From: an uncultured Fibrobacterota bacterium
GTDB lineage: Bacteria > Fibrobacterota > Chitinivibrionia > Chitinivibrionales > FEN-1185
NCBI GenBank assembly: GCA_963729895.1
Contig: CAVSQB010000021.1
Span: forward strand, 1-33,804
DNA length: 33,804 bases
Reading direction: 5' to 3'
Below, piece after piece: positions 1 through 9,720 of this stretch; positions within the stretch are counted from its first letter, which is position 1; every line of letters begins with the position of its first letter. A program made the translations under genes and the position numbers. Below the pieces are notes generated by a model. It worked only from the letters and a program-made list of their open reading frames with translations. It was not told the origin of the DNA and ran no database searches.

Positions 1-110
1 AACAGTTTTGGGCACCTATCAGACAAATAGACGCCCTGACATCGCGAAATAATACTATCTGTCAACATGATCTTGGAATCTACTATTTTACAGAATTTTT
101 AGAGGTCCCC
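1..110 (+). mobile_element. Partial IS5 end (mirror of 2773-2882)
   Basis: Ends in AATTTTTAGAGGTCCCC followed by TTAA; reverse complement of the end of the IS5 at 2773. Confidence 0.9.
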
Positions 111-404
111 TTAAGCCGCCGGTATGACCGCATTACGATTTCGGCCGGTCATGGCCTGAAGGCGTTGTTAGGCGCGGATTTCTATTTTTGATTCTCTACG
201 CTTGTCTCTTGTCATTAAGATACGCTCCGGCGATTGGGTACGTCCAGATTTTTCCGGCACACCGTTCACGGTCGCAAAACCGTGGTGACGGCCGTCACAT
301 TTTGTCCCTGTTGTGGCATTTCCGCGATTGTCTGGTGATATGCCGAATTTTCGGTAAGGGCCTGGTTTTCCCGTTGCGTCAATTGTACATACATTTATCA
401 ATAT

Positions 405-1272
405 CAGTAGTGTCCGGTTAAATTGACAACAAGAGAAGGGCTACCAACCTATTTTTATCGTTGAAGGTTTAGTTTTTGACGATTAAAAAGAGGAGGCAGC
501 CCTTGAACAGAAGAAATACAATATTCAATCAGATAACGCAACTGTTGAATCGGAAGGGATTCTGGCGCATTGTTAATCGGTACGAAGGAGACAGGTACGT
601 AAAGAGCATGACCTGCTGGCAGGAGATGCAGATTTTGCTCTTTTCGCTGGTAAAGGATTTGGTCAGCTTTCGGGATGTAGAAGCGTGTCTGAAGAGCAAT
701 GCGGATAAGTGGGAACATATTGGTCTTGCGAGTGTAGCCCGCAGTACACTGGCAGATGCACTCGCTCTCCGGCCATACAAGATGTTTGAAGATCTTTTCT
801 ATCAGTTTCTGGATAAATGCCAGCGATTGGCACCTCGTCATGACTTTCGGGTAAAGGTTCCGGTATTTACGCATGATTCAACCTTGATCAGCGTATGTCT
901 GTCATCGTTTCCATGGGCACGGTATCGCAGGCGCAAAGGTGGATTGAAACTTCATATGCTTCTGGACCATGACGGTTACCTACCGTCGTTTATCCGGATG
1001 ACGGACGGGAAAGTCCATGACATTCGGGTGGTGAAAGATGCCGAATATGATTTTCCTGCGCTTCCGCCGGACAGCATCCTCACCATTGATCGAGGCTACA
1101 CAGATTTTGGCTGGCTTCATTCACTGCATACGACTGGTGTTACATTCGTGATCCTGGCAAAATCCAACATGGCATATCATCTTGTCGGACAGCACAAAGA
1201 ACCGAACGTAAGACGCGGAATTATCCGTGATCAGGAAGTCGAAATGTCGAATTTTTACGAAAGCAAGGCATA
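405..1272 (+). mobile_element. IS4-family element, left part only
   Basis: Left end CAGTAGTGTCCGGTTAAA. Transposase is interrupted at 1273 by the end of another IS. Confidence 0.8.
503..1272 (+). pseudogene. Truncated IS4-family transposase (DUF4372 + DDE_Tnp_1 type)
   Basis: Motifs DRYVK, RSTLADA, DSTLI, KGGLKLH, DRGY; C-terminal catalytic part missing. Likely TTG start at 503 after AGGAGG. Confidence 0.85.
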
Positions 1273-1342
1273 CGCATTGCCTCAAATTAAATGTAACCGA
1301 AGGCTTAATCGAAACACGCACCAATTGATTCGTTGCCTCATA
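1273..1342 (+). mobile_element. Left-end fragment (70 bp) of the ISNCY/rve element
   Basis: Identical to 23382-23451 (CGCATTGCCTCAAATT...GTTGCCTCATA). Confidence 0.9.
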
Positions 1343-1450
1343 CCTGATTCCGTGAGATAAGGTTATTAAAAACAAATTGACGGCGTTGACAAGAACGAAT
1401 ATGGTTGCTAAGGCTTCTTGATAAGTTGTTGCCGGGGTGATTCCACTATG
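1343..1450 (-). mobile_element. Terminal 108 bp of the IS1380-family element
   Basis: Identical to 10089-10196. Confidence 0.9.
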
Positions 1451-1540
1451 TATTCGACTCTGCCCATCTTACCAAGTACAGCTCAGCAACTATCGTGTGC
1501 GACAACGTTGTTTTTAATAACCTTATCTCACGGAATCAGG

Positions 1541-1610
1541 TATGAGGCAACGAATCAATTGGTGCGTGTTTCGATTAAGCCTTCGGTTACATTTAATTTG
1601 AGGCAATGCG
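1541..1610 (-). mobile_element. Mirror copy of the ISNCY left-end fragment
   Basis: Reverse complement of 1273-1342. Confidence 0.85.
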
Positions 1611-2478
1611 TATGCCTTGCTTTCGTAAAAATTCGACATTTCGACTTCCTGATCACGGATAATTCCGCGTCTTACGTTCGGTTCTTTGTGCTGTCCGACA
1701 AGATGATATGCCATGTTGGATTTTGCCAGGATCACGAATGTAACACCAGTCGTATGCAGTGAATGAAGCCAGCCAAAATCTGTGTAGCCTCGATCAATGG
1801 TGAGGATGCTGTCCGGCGGAAGCGCAGGAAAATCATATTCGGCATCTTTCACCACCCGAATGTCATGGACTTTCCCGTCCGTCATCCGGATAAACGACGG
1901 TAGGTAACCGTCATGGTCCAGAAGCATATGAAGTTTCAATCCACCTTTGCGCCTGCGATACCGTGCCCATGGAAACGATGACAGACATACGCTGATCAAG
2001 GTTGAATCATGCGTAAATACCGGAACCTTTACCCGAAAGTCATGACGAGGTGCCAATCGCTGGCATTTATCCAGAAACTGATAGAAAAGATCTTCAAACA
2101 TCTTGTATGGCCGGAGAGCGAGTGCATCTGCCAGTGTACTGCGGGCTACACTCGCAAGACCAATATGTTCCCACTTATCCGCATTGCTCTTCAGACACGC
2201 TTCTACATCCCGAAAGCTGACCAAATCCTTTACCAGCGAAAAGAGCAAAATCTGCATCTCCTGCCAGCAGGTCATGCTCTTTACGTACCTGTCTCCTTCG
2301 TACCGATTAACAATGCGCCAGAATCCCTTCCGATTCAACAGTTGCGTTATCTGATTGAATATTGTATTTCTTCTGTTCAAGGGCTGCCTCCTCTTTTTAA
2401 TCGTCAAAAACTAAACCTTCAACGATAAAAATAGGTTGGTAGCCCTTCTCTTGTTGTCAATTTAACCGGACACTACTG
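1611..2478 (-). mobile_element. Mirror copy of the truncated IS4 element (transposase remnant 1611-2380)
   Basis: Reverse complement of 405-1272. Confidence 0.8.
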
Positions 2479-2709
2479 ATATTGATAAATGTATGTACAA
2501 TTGACGCAACGGGAAAACCAGGCCCTTACCGAAAATTCGGCATATCACCAGACAATCGCGGAAATGCCACAACAGGGACAAAATGTGACGGCCGTCACCA
2601 CGGTTTTGCGACCGTGAACGGTGTGCCGGAAAAATCTGGACGTACCCAATCGCCGGAGCGTATCTTAATGACAAGAGACAAGCGTAGAGAATCAAAAATA
2701 GAAATCCGC

Positions 2710-2772
2710 GCCTAACAACGCCTTCAGGCCATGACCGGCCGAAATCGTAATGCGGTCATACCGGCGGCTTAA
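2710..2772 (+). other. attC-like integron recombination-site relic, interrupted by IS5 (continues at 4071-4076)
   Basis: R'' GCCTAAC, 5-nt spacer, L'' CTTCAGGC, inner stem ATGACCG/CGGTCAT, L' GCTTAAG. ORF 2482..2715 stops inside R''. No GTTRRRY R' box. Confidence 0.5.
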
Positions 2773-4066
2773 GGGGACCTCTAAAAATTCTGTAAAATAG
2801 TAGATTCCAAGATCATGTTGACAGATAGTATTATTTCGCGATGTCAGGGCGTCTATTTGTCTGATAGGTGCCCAAAACTGTTCTTTTTTCGGTCCCTTTG
2901 GGGGCCTTGTGCGGTCCTGTCCCGCTTTTCAGGCGTGGCACTCAAGATATGCAAAGCGTTTTATGTTGTAAACCAGGTTCAGGAGTCCTATCTTCGCCGC
3001 GGCCCTCAGCCGCCCGATACACCTGATCCTGCCACGAAACATGATTTCTATTTGAGCAAACACATGTTCTATACGCGATCTGACTTTGGATTTCTTCCGG
3101 TTCTGTGCCAATTGTGCTTCCGTCAATGGTGCGCCACGAGTCCCTTTGACACATATTTTGCTTCTGTACCAGAGATAATCAAGCCTTTGTTCCGCCTTTT
3201 CCGAATGATACGCGCTGTCGGCAAACACGTCCGCGTTCGTGTTCTCAGGATTAAGGAGAGGTTCAAGCATATTGGAGTCGTGCACTTCTGCGGATGTCGC
3301 CGCATAGTCTCGAATGATTTTATGCTTCGCGTCTACCGACGCATGGTTCTTGTAGCCAAAAAACGTCTGATCGTTCTTCTTCGTCCATCGCGCATCAACA
3401 TCTTTCTGACGAAGTTTCTCAGGGTGCTTTTCCCATTCCTGCGGCGTGCCCCCGTTCTTGATTTCTTTATTCTCCTCCCGCGTGTTTCTCTGGCGAGGTA
3501 CCTCGACAAAACTCGCATCTATTATTTGGCCTTTCTGGGCAGTGTAACCCGCTTCGTTCAACTGACGACCGAACAGGTCAAACAGCTTCTTGACAACGCC
3601 TGCTTGTGTCAGCGTTTCCCGAAACAACCAGACCGTTTTCTCGTCGGGAATGCTATCCTCGGAAGTGAGTTCAAGAAACCGTTTGAACGTCAATCGGTCC
3701 AGAATCTGAAACTGGGTTTGCGCATCGGAAAGCCCATACATCGTCTGCAACACGAGAATCTTGAACATCAGGATATAATCGTACGGTGGACGACCGGCGT
3801 TGCTCTTCCGTTCCTTGCGAAAAGCCTTGTCAATAACAGGACGAAAACTCTTCCAACGTATGGCCCGATTGATGGTTTCAAGAGGGTCTCCCATTTCGGA
3901 AAGCTCGGAAAGGCGATTCTCAAGGTCAAAAAGGCCTATCTGTCCCATCGCAATATCCTCCAGACGGTAGTGGGTTCGCAGGTTTGTTGTCTGGAATTAA
4001 AATAATTGACGAAATAGCCTTTGTCAAGCATTAATTGGGCAAATTAGGCAATTTTTAGAGGTCCCC
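2773..4066 (-). mobile_element. IS5-family insertion sequence, complete
   Basis: 17-bp perfect TIR GGGGACCTCTAAAAATT; TTAA duplicated at 2769-2772 and 4067-4070. Confidence 0.95.
2929..3948 (-). CDS. IS5-family transposase
   Basis: GRPPYD, IIDASFV, DVDARWTKK, FGYKNH, ADSAY, RSRIEHVF motifs. Confidence 0.95.
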   Translation of the reverse strand: MGQIGLFDLENRLSELSEMGDPLETINRAIRWKSFRPVIDKAFRKERKSNAGRPPYDYILMFKILVLQTMYGLSDAQTQFQILDRLTFKRFLELTSEDSIPDEKTVWLFRETLTQAGVVKKLFDLFGRQLNEAGYTAQKGQIIDASFVEVPRQRNTREENKEIKNGGTPQEWEKHPEKLRQKDVDARWTKKNDQTFFGYKNHASVDAKHKIIRDYAATSAEVHDSNMLEPLLNPENTNADVFADSAYHSEKAEQRLDYLWYRSKICVKGTRGAPLTEAQLAQNRKKSKVRSRIEHVFAQIEIMFRGRIRCIGRLRAAAKIGLLNLVYNIKRFAYLECHA

Positions 4067-4153
4067 TTAAGGCGGCTCGGAAAAATATCAAGACATCGCA
4101 TTTTGGTCAAGTTGATAAAGGGACTGTGAGCTTCCTAGTAGAACGTTGCACTA

Positions 4154-4624
4154 TTACTGATAGGCACAAACCATGATCATTGACAAGGTGGAAATGAGAA
4201 GCGCGACGCCCAGCCCGAACGGCACCCGCCAGTACAGGATGGAAGACGCTGCCATGAGTATTGTGGCGAACACCAAGGCTGCACGGGGCGACAGCCGCCT
4301 TTCGATCGTGACGAAACCTTTCACCGGCGCGATGAAATGCCGGGAAAGGGGAACGGCGGCGAGAAACGCCCCGATGCCGAACATGAGCCATTGAAATGCC
4401 GCAAGCGGTCCCCAATGCACCGCGCCCCAGGATACATTCGAATAGTCGCGGATTCCTTCGATAAGGCCGCGAAAAATGAAATATGCCCCTACCGCGCACA
4501 AAGGCACCGCCGACCTGTCGTTGAAGCGGCGACGCAGAAGGATTACCGCGAGAATCAGCGCCGTGAGAAAGGCTGTTTCATACAACTGGACGGGGTGCAC
4601 GGGAAGACTTTTTCTGGGTTCCAA
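4154..4624 (-). pseudogene. Lgt (prolipoprotein diacylglyceryl transferase)-like C-terminal fragment
   Basis: VHPVQLYE and FRGLIEGIR motifs plus hydrophobic helices; N-terminal half absent. Confidence 0.6.
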
Positions 4625-4752
4625 CCCAAAAGAAAAAACTTTCGGCAGGACTCCGCTTTGTGAAGATTTTCATAATTTGTTTCAATCGCGTCAAGCTCAA
4701 CCATTTGATCACCCGGTTTTTCGACGGCATCGGTCTCGGGGACAATAAACTA

Positions 4753-5653
4753 GGTGATTATAAAACATCTTGCACAGGAATTATCTTGTGCATATGGGCT
4801 TTAGTCAATTAGAAACCTTTGAATTCATAGGGAAAACTGAAAACAGGGCAAAATTGTTCCTCAGAAAGTTCTGTTGGAAAAATGGCCATGTTTTCTGCAT
4901 CAATTGTAACAGCCATAAAATCTATCGTTTAAAAGGTAAAAAGTTCAGGTGCAAACGATGCGGAAATACCTTTCATGACTTCTCGAATCGGTGGATTGGT
5001 CAGTGCCGCGTCCCTCTGAAAAAGCTGCTGTGGATCATTAAGCTCTTTGAACTGGAAGTCTCAGCACGCAGGATAGCAACTCAGATCGGTTTGAGCTATC
5101 CCACGGTCTTGCGGATGTGTAATCTCATCCGAAGGGCCTTGATGGTCGCTGAAAGCGATTTCTGGCTCTCTGGAGAGGTTGAGCTCGATGAATCCTACTT
5201 CGGCGGCAGGCGTAAAGGTAAACGTGGCCGGGGTGCTGCCGGAAAGGTTCCCGTCTTTGGTATCCTGGAGAGACACGGAAAAGTGAAGGTGACAGTAGTA
5301 AAAAACGTCACTGCCGAAAGCCTGTTGACTGAGACTGTGAAAATGGTCAGACGAGGCTCCATCATTTACACTGACAAATTCCGCGGCTATGACGCCCTGA
5401 TGTTCTGCGGTTATCGGCATTTGAGAGTCGACCATGGGAAAAGATTTGCCACAGGCAAAGTTTATATTAACGGTTTGGAAGGCTTCTGGAGCTATGCTAA
5501 GGAACGTCTTGCAAAGTTCCATGGAGTCTCCAAAGAATACTTTCCAGGGTATCTGAACGAAATGGCTTTTCGGTACAATCATCGTCATGAAAATTTCTTT
5601 GAAAAACTTGTCAAAATGATCACTAATTTGGTGCAAGATCCTTTATAATTACC
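4753..5653 (+). mobile_element. IS1595-family insertion sequence, complete
   Basis: TIR GGTGATTATAAAACATCTTGCAC / GTGCAAGATCCTTTATAATTACC; 8-bp TSD ATAAACTA at 4745-4752 and 5654-5661. Confidence 0.95.
4794..5648 (+). CDS. IS1595-family (ISXO2-like) transposase
   Basis: Zn ribbon CxxC...CxxC, VELDESYFGG, IYTD, INGLEGFWS. ATG at 4794 preferred over TTG at 4770. Confidence 0.93.
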   Translation: MGFSQLETFEFIGKTENRAKLFLRKFCWKNGHVFCINCNSHKIYRLKGKKFRCKRCGNTFHDFSNRWIGQCRVPLKKLLWIIKLFELEVSARRIATQIGLSYPTVLRMCNLIRRALMVAESDFWLSGEVELDESYFGGRRKGKRGRGAAGKVPVFGILERHGKVKVTVVKNVTAESLLTETVKMVRRGSIIYTDKFRGYDALMFCGYRHLRVDHGKRFATGKVYINGLEGFWSYAKERLAKFHGVSKEYFPGYLNEMAFRYNHRHENFFEKLVKMITNLVQDPL

Positions 5654-5717
5654 ATAAACTATTCTTCTTGAGTAACAAAAAGCCGCGCCAAAAGACTTCC
5701 GCATAAACAGAACAGCC

Positions 5718-6482
5718 ATGAAAATATCCATCGTAACTCCTTCGCTGAACCAAGCTCAATTCATCGAAGATACTATATTATCTGTAAAGCACCAGGAATT
5801 CAGAGAATCTGAACATATCATCATTGATGGCGGCTCCACCGACGGGACGGTTGAAGTCCTTAGGAAATATCCTCATTTGCGCTGGATCTCGGAAAGAGAC
5901 ACCGGCCAGAGCAACGCAATCAACAAAGGTTTCCGCAAGGCGACAGGCGATATTCTGGCGTGGCTCAATTCTGACGATTATTACGATCGACACATTTTCA
6001 GTGAAGTCGCGGATTATTTTGAGAATCATCCGGACTGCTTTTTCCTTTATGGAAATATCACCTATGTGGACGAATCGAAAAAGGAGCTGTTTCAGGTTGC
6101 GGGAGCGGGCATTTCCTACAGGAAATTACTCAGCAACCCCGATCTTGTACGGCAACCAAGTTGCTTCTGGAGAAGAGAGATTATTGAAACGATCGGCTAT
6201 CTGGACGAAACGCTTCACGTGGTGATGGATTATGACTATTTGTTGCGTATCGGGAAACGGTATGAATTTCATTACGTGAACAGGAACCTCAGCTTTTTCA
6301 GATCTTACCCGCAGGGCAAGACAAGTTCGTTGGCCAAGCGTCAGATCATGGAGCTCAGGTCAGTCATGAATGCGCACGCAGGTTTGGTAAATGTCCGTTA
6401 CTATTGGTTCATTGCTCGGCGGAAATATGCTTCGGTGCTGACCCTTATCAAGCGGCTTTCGAGACAATTACTCTCTCGATAA
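5718..6482 (+). CDS. Glycosyltransferase family 2
   Basis: ISIVTPSLNQ, IIDGGSTDGT, WLNSDD motifs. Confidence 0.95.
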   Translation: MKISIVTPSLNQAQFIEDTILSVKHQEFRESEHIIIDGGSTDGTVEVLRKYPHLRWISERDTGQSNAINKGFRKATGDILAWLNSDDYYDRHIFSEVADYFENHPDCFFLYGNITYVDESKKELFQVAGAGISYRKLLSNPDLVRQPSCFWRREIIETIGYLDETLHVVMDYDYLLRIGKRYEFHYVNRNLSFFRSYPQGKTSSLAKRQIMELRSVMNAHAGLVNVRYYWFIARRKYASVLTLIKRLSRQLLSR

Positions 6483-6507
6483 TAGACGTGCGAGATCTTT
6501 CGCCTGA

Positions 6508-7503
6508 ATGGATACTGAAGCCATGTTGTCGGACAAGAAATTTATGGTTTTTCCGCGGAAATTTAATCTGTGCCTTTTTTTCAGTTCCTTCGCAGTAATT
6601 TTGGGTGTTGTGTTTGTCTTTGAATATTTTTCCTCCAACGCCTCATCTTCCCGGATTTTCAATCTGAGCATTGCCGCGAACCTGATCAGAACCCACGGTC
6701 AAGTCGCGGTAGAGGGCAAGAAAGGGTGGTTGTTTTATCGCCCAGCGATTGTTTCACTTTTTAAAACCTGGCCCAAACAAAATGCCGACAACATAATTGC
6801 TCTGAGAGATTCACTTCTCAGAGACAGCATTCAACTTCTGGTTATTCCTGTTCCCAACAAGAGTGACGTCTATCCCGAATTGATCGGGGCTGGCGACCCA
6901 GACGTCGTGAGCAAGCAGAGGAACAGGTTCCTGGTGCAACTATCAAGAGCGAATATCAATGTCGTTGACCTGATTCCACCACTTAAGTCATCCAAGAATC
7001 AAGAAGAACTGTACTTGAAATACGATTCTCATTGGAATCAGAGCGGAATGCTTATTGCGGCGCAGGAAATTGCTGGAAGACTCTCGACCCTTGTAGTGTC
7101 GATTCCCAAATCTCTCTCATTGAAAACTGTTGATACCACGGGCCATAGATACGACGACCTGTATCGACTCTTGCACAACAACGAATCCAATGATGAAGAA
7201 GGCCTCTACAAATGGAAAAGTGTGGCTTTTCCCTCCGGCGTGCCATATAAAAGTGAGTCTTCAGCGCCAATTCTGATCTTTGGAGACAGCTTTGTCAATG
7301 CCGGGTCGGACGTCAATGCACAACTTGCGTGCCACATCGCACGGTTTTCCGGAATACCTACCAGAAATTTTTTCACCTTGACCGCAAGTACTCAGGGACC
7401 GCCAACGCTCTTGGATTACTGCAAAAAAACCAAGGTGAAACCACGGGTAGTTGTCTGGGTATTTGTCTCGTGCCAATTGATGAACACTTTTTCCCATCCG
7501 TGA
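6508..7503 (+). CDS. AlgJ/AlgX-like SGNH polysaccharide O-acetyltransferase-related protein
   Basis: N-terminal TM, GKKGWLFY, PVPNK..VYPE, DSHWN, GDSF motifs. Confidence 0.85.
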   Translation: MDTEAMLSDKKFMVFPRKFNLCLFFSSFAVILGVVFVFEYFSSNASSSRIFNLSIAANLIRTHGQVAVEGKKGWLFYRPAIVSLFKTWPKQNADNIIALRDSLLRDSIQLLVIPVPNKSDVYPELIGAGDPDVVSKQRNRFLVQLSRANINVVDLIPPLKSSKNQEELYLKYDSHWNQSGMLIAAQEIAGRLSTLVVSIPKSLSLKTVDTTGHRYDDLYRLLHNNESNDEEGLYKWKSVAFPSGVPYKSESSAPILIFGDSFVNAGSDVNAQLACHIARFSGIPTRNFFTLTASTQGPPTLLDYCKKTKVKPRVVVWVFVSCQLMNTFSHP

Positions 7504-7520
7504 AGAATTACCAGTTCACC

Positions 7521-8720
7521 CTACTTCAGACTATTCTCGGGATCGTAGGCCTGTTTTATCTTCCTTGTTTGTTCCAAAAATGTATAACCAAACCTTGCGT
7601 CAGGTTCAAGATGGCACCCTTCGGCCCACTCGTTCCAGGCGTTGATGAACACCAATTGTTCATCGGGAGAATACTGCTCCACCTGTTTCGCAGATTCCCG
7701 AAGCCACGCGCCAAAATCGTCCGGGGTATCGTTTTGAATAATGATGGAGGCATCATGCCTGGCGGAATTGTCCCATGAAGGAAAAACGCATGGAAAATTC
7801 TTGTGATCCGGGCTACTGTTTTTCAACACGTTCTGCATCATGGCTTTATAAGAAATGATTCTGTTTGAAAAGAATTGGATCCTCAGCCACTCTCTATTCG
7901 TGATCAGATTTATCCCCTTGACTGTTTTTCGAAGAAGCGAGCTCAAGGAAGATCCCCAGCCGAAACCAACGTGCGGAAAATCCTTCTTGTTCGGCTGAAA
8001 ATCCACGATGGCGTCAAACCCCAGGCTGATCAGTTCCTTCTCATCCCTTGAGGCAAAATTGCTCCGGACAGCGCACAAATATAAACCCGGGAATCCCGCA
8101 GCCAAGCAGGCTTTTTTCCAAAGACCAGTCATCTCACCGATATTGGGAACGTCTCCCGTTCTGTAAATCAGCAACATCGGTTTTCCATTGACGCGGACGT
8201 ACCTCTTGTCCTTGAATGCATTGAGGAACCATTCTATATGCTTTGCGTGGTCGTTCAGAGAGTACCTCTGGCCAATGAGCACTTGTCTGTCGTTCCCGTC
8301 CCAAATGCGCGTCCAGTTCTCGTTTGCCCAGCAGAGACAGAATGGAAAGTCCGGTTGTCCGGAAGAAAGGACCTCGTCAAACGGCTGGTTAAGGAGAAGC
8401 TTTCCATTGAACCAGTAGTGATAATAGCAAAAGGCGTCGATTCCGTTGCTGCGAGCCAAGTTTGCCTGCGCAACCCGAACGGAAGGATCCCGAAGATCAT
8501 AGTACCCGAGATCGATCGGCACATGGGGTTGATGGTGGGACGGAAAACGCGGCGTGCACTTCCGGACATTCACCCAGTCGGTAAAACCCTTGCCCCACCA
8601 GGCATCGTTTTCCGGGATCGGATGATATTGGGGAAGGTAAAACGTTATGAATCGCATTGAATCCATCTCCATCAGGCGCTGCATCGGATCGTGGTTTCGA
8701 TGTTGCGCGGGGTAAACCAT
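7521..8720 (-). CDS. WbsX-like / GH99-like domain protein
   Basis: FYLPQYHPIPENDAWWGKGFTDW, CWANENW, NAWNEWAEG. True start may be ~60 nt downstream. Confidence 0.92.
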   Translation of the reverse strand: MVYPAQHRNHDPMQRLMEMDSMRFITFYLPQYHPIPENDAWWGKGFTDWVNVRKCTPRFPSHHQPHVPIDLGYYDLRDPSVRVAQANLARSNGIDAFCYYHYWFNGKLLLNQPFDEVLSSGQPDFPFCLCWANENWTRIWDGNDRQVLIGQRYSLNDHAKHIEWFLNAFKDKRYVRVNGKPMLLIYRTGDVPNIGEMTGLWKKACLAAGFPGLYLCAVRSNFASRDEKELISLGFDAIVDFQPNKKDFPHVGFGWGSSLSSLLRKTVKGINLITNREWLRIQFFSNRIISYKAMMQNVLKNSSPDHKNFPCVFPSWDNSARHDASIIIQNDTPDDFGAWLRESAKQVEQYSPDEQLVFINAWNEWAEGCHLEPDARFGYTFLEQTRKIKQAYDPENSLK

Positions 8721-8724
8721 CCTC

Positions 8725-8848
8725 TCAGTCGCAAAATTCGTGAATCAGACTGGCAAGTTTGCTGCCGGCGGTCGACCAATTCAGTCTTTGGGAATACTCG
8801 TTGAATGATGACTGCGCCAAGGTACGGTATTTCGACATTGACGACATG
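8725..8848 (-). pseudogene. GT4 glycosyltransferase C-terminal remnant
   Basis: YRTLAQSSFNEYSQRLNWSTAG resembles the last helices of GT4 proteins; directly abuts the IS91 end. Confidence 0.6.
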
Positions 8849-8975
8849 ACTGATAGGAAGTTTGATTTTTCGCAAGCGGGTTGGCGTATAACTGATAGGA
8901 AGTTTGATTTTTCGCAAGCGGGTTGGCGTATAACTGATAGGAAGTTTGATTTTTCGCAAGCGGGTTGTCGTATAA
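8849..8975. repeat. 3 x 42-bp tandem repeat (oriIS-like end of IS91 remnant)
   Basis: ACTGATAGGAAGTTTGATTTTTCGCAAGCGGGTTGGCGTATA at 8849, 8891 and 8933, with one mismatch in the third copy. Confidence 0.95.
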
Positions 8976-9140
8976 GGAAGATTTCTTTGCGGAAGCTCAA
9001 TTCTTCCCCCACTTTCCCGCTTCCGTCGTCCGCATCTTGAACGGCCTCAAGGCAAAATATAGACATTGCCGGCCACAATTGTCAAATCCGGGAATACATG
9101 TCTCGTGGCTTCGGTGAAAGCAAAAAAATAGTCGGGGTTG

Positions 9141-9395
9141 TCAAGCGCAGGTCCGCTCGAAGAACTCATAATCGAGCGTAGGTTCTGCGGCGACGAGTGG
9201 CAGCTTCTCTTCCGGAGGCGGGCGCGGCGACTGTTCCTTCCAAAGACCACAGTGCTTCAGAATCTTCTGTATTATCGCGTCCTCATCGATGAATGAAATG
9301 ATCCTCATCTCACCTCCGCACTTCGGACATTTCAGCGGGTCTGCCTCGTAAACGCACTTGATGAGCGCAGCCCATGTCATGCGGCATTTTCGCCT
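9141..9395 (-). pseudogene. IS91-family transposase C-terminal fragment
   Basis: RRKCRMTWAALIKCVYEADPLKCPKCGGEMRIISFI..IQKILKHCGLW..PRPPP. Confidence 0.85.
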
Positions 9396-9399
9396 GAGC

Positions 9400-9630
9400 C
9401 AAAATGTTTGTCCGTAAAATGGAGGCCGAGGCGGAGAAAGTCACGATTGAATATCAGAGAGGAAATGTAGGCTGCTCCGGCGTCGGTAAAGCAGGTTTGA
9501 TCTGGGATGCTCTTGGGGGTCAATACCGTGACACTGACACCGGCTTCGACGAAAAATCTTACCAAATATTAAGGCTTATTGTTGCGCCTGAAAATCCGAA
9601 GTCATGGTCAACGAAGAGAACTGTTTTCAA
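9400..9630 (-). pseudogene. GT4 glycosyltransferase N-terminal remnant (frameshifted)
   Basis: TTG start after GGAAGG gives MKTVLFVDHDFGFSGATISL, then a frameshift to YLVRFFVEAGVSVTVLTP. Confidence 0.6.
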
Positions 9631-9720
9631 TGCCACCTTCCATCGTTCCGAAAATCTACCTGGCATGCAGAAGTAGTGTCGAAACCAAGAGAGCCCAAAA
9701 AACGGCAGAACAAGAGTGGG

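Larger units (their letters stand above)
1..2882. repeat. Large inverted repeat: arms 1-1375 and 1508-2882, 132-bp loop (probable fold-back artefact)
   Basis: Position x pairs with 2883-x. ORFs 476..1360(+) and 1523..2407(-) are identical, and pairing stops at 1375/1508. Confidence 0.97.
8849..9399 (-). mobile_element. IS91-family (Y2 HUH) element remnant, 3' part with oriIS-like end
   Basis: Transposase C-terminus followed ~170 bp later by AAAAATCAAACTTCCTATC. Confidence 0.75.

Noticed and set aside
1343..1540. Apparent 198-bp IS1380-derived MITE with 33-bp perfect TIRs
   Set aside because: The TIRs are just the innermost part of the big palindrome; there is no TSD and the interior looks like garbled consensus.
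2815..4005. 396-aa plus-strand ORF
   Set aside because: Antisense shadow of the IS5 transposase; no recognisable motifs.
8849..8975. Possible CRISPR array
   Set aside because: Head-to-tail repeats with no spacers and no cas genes.
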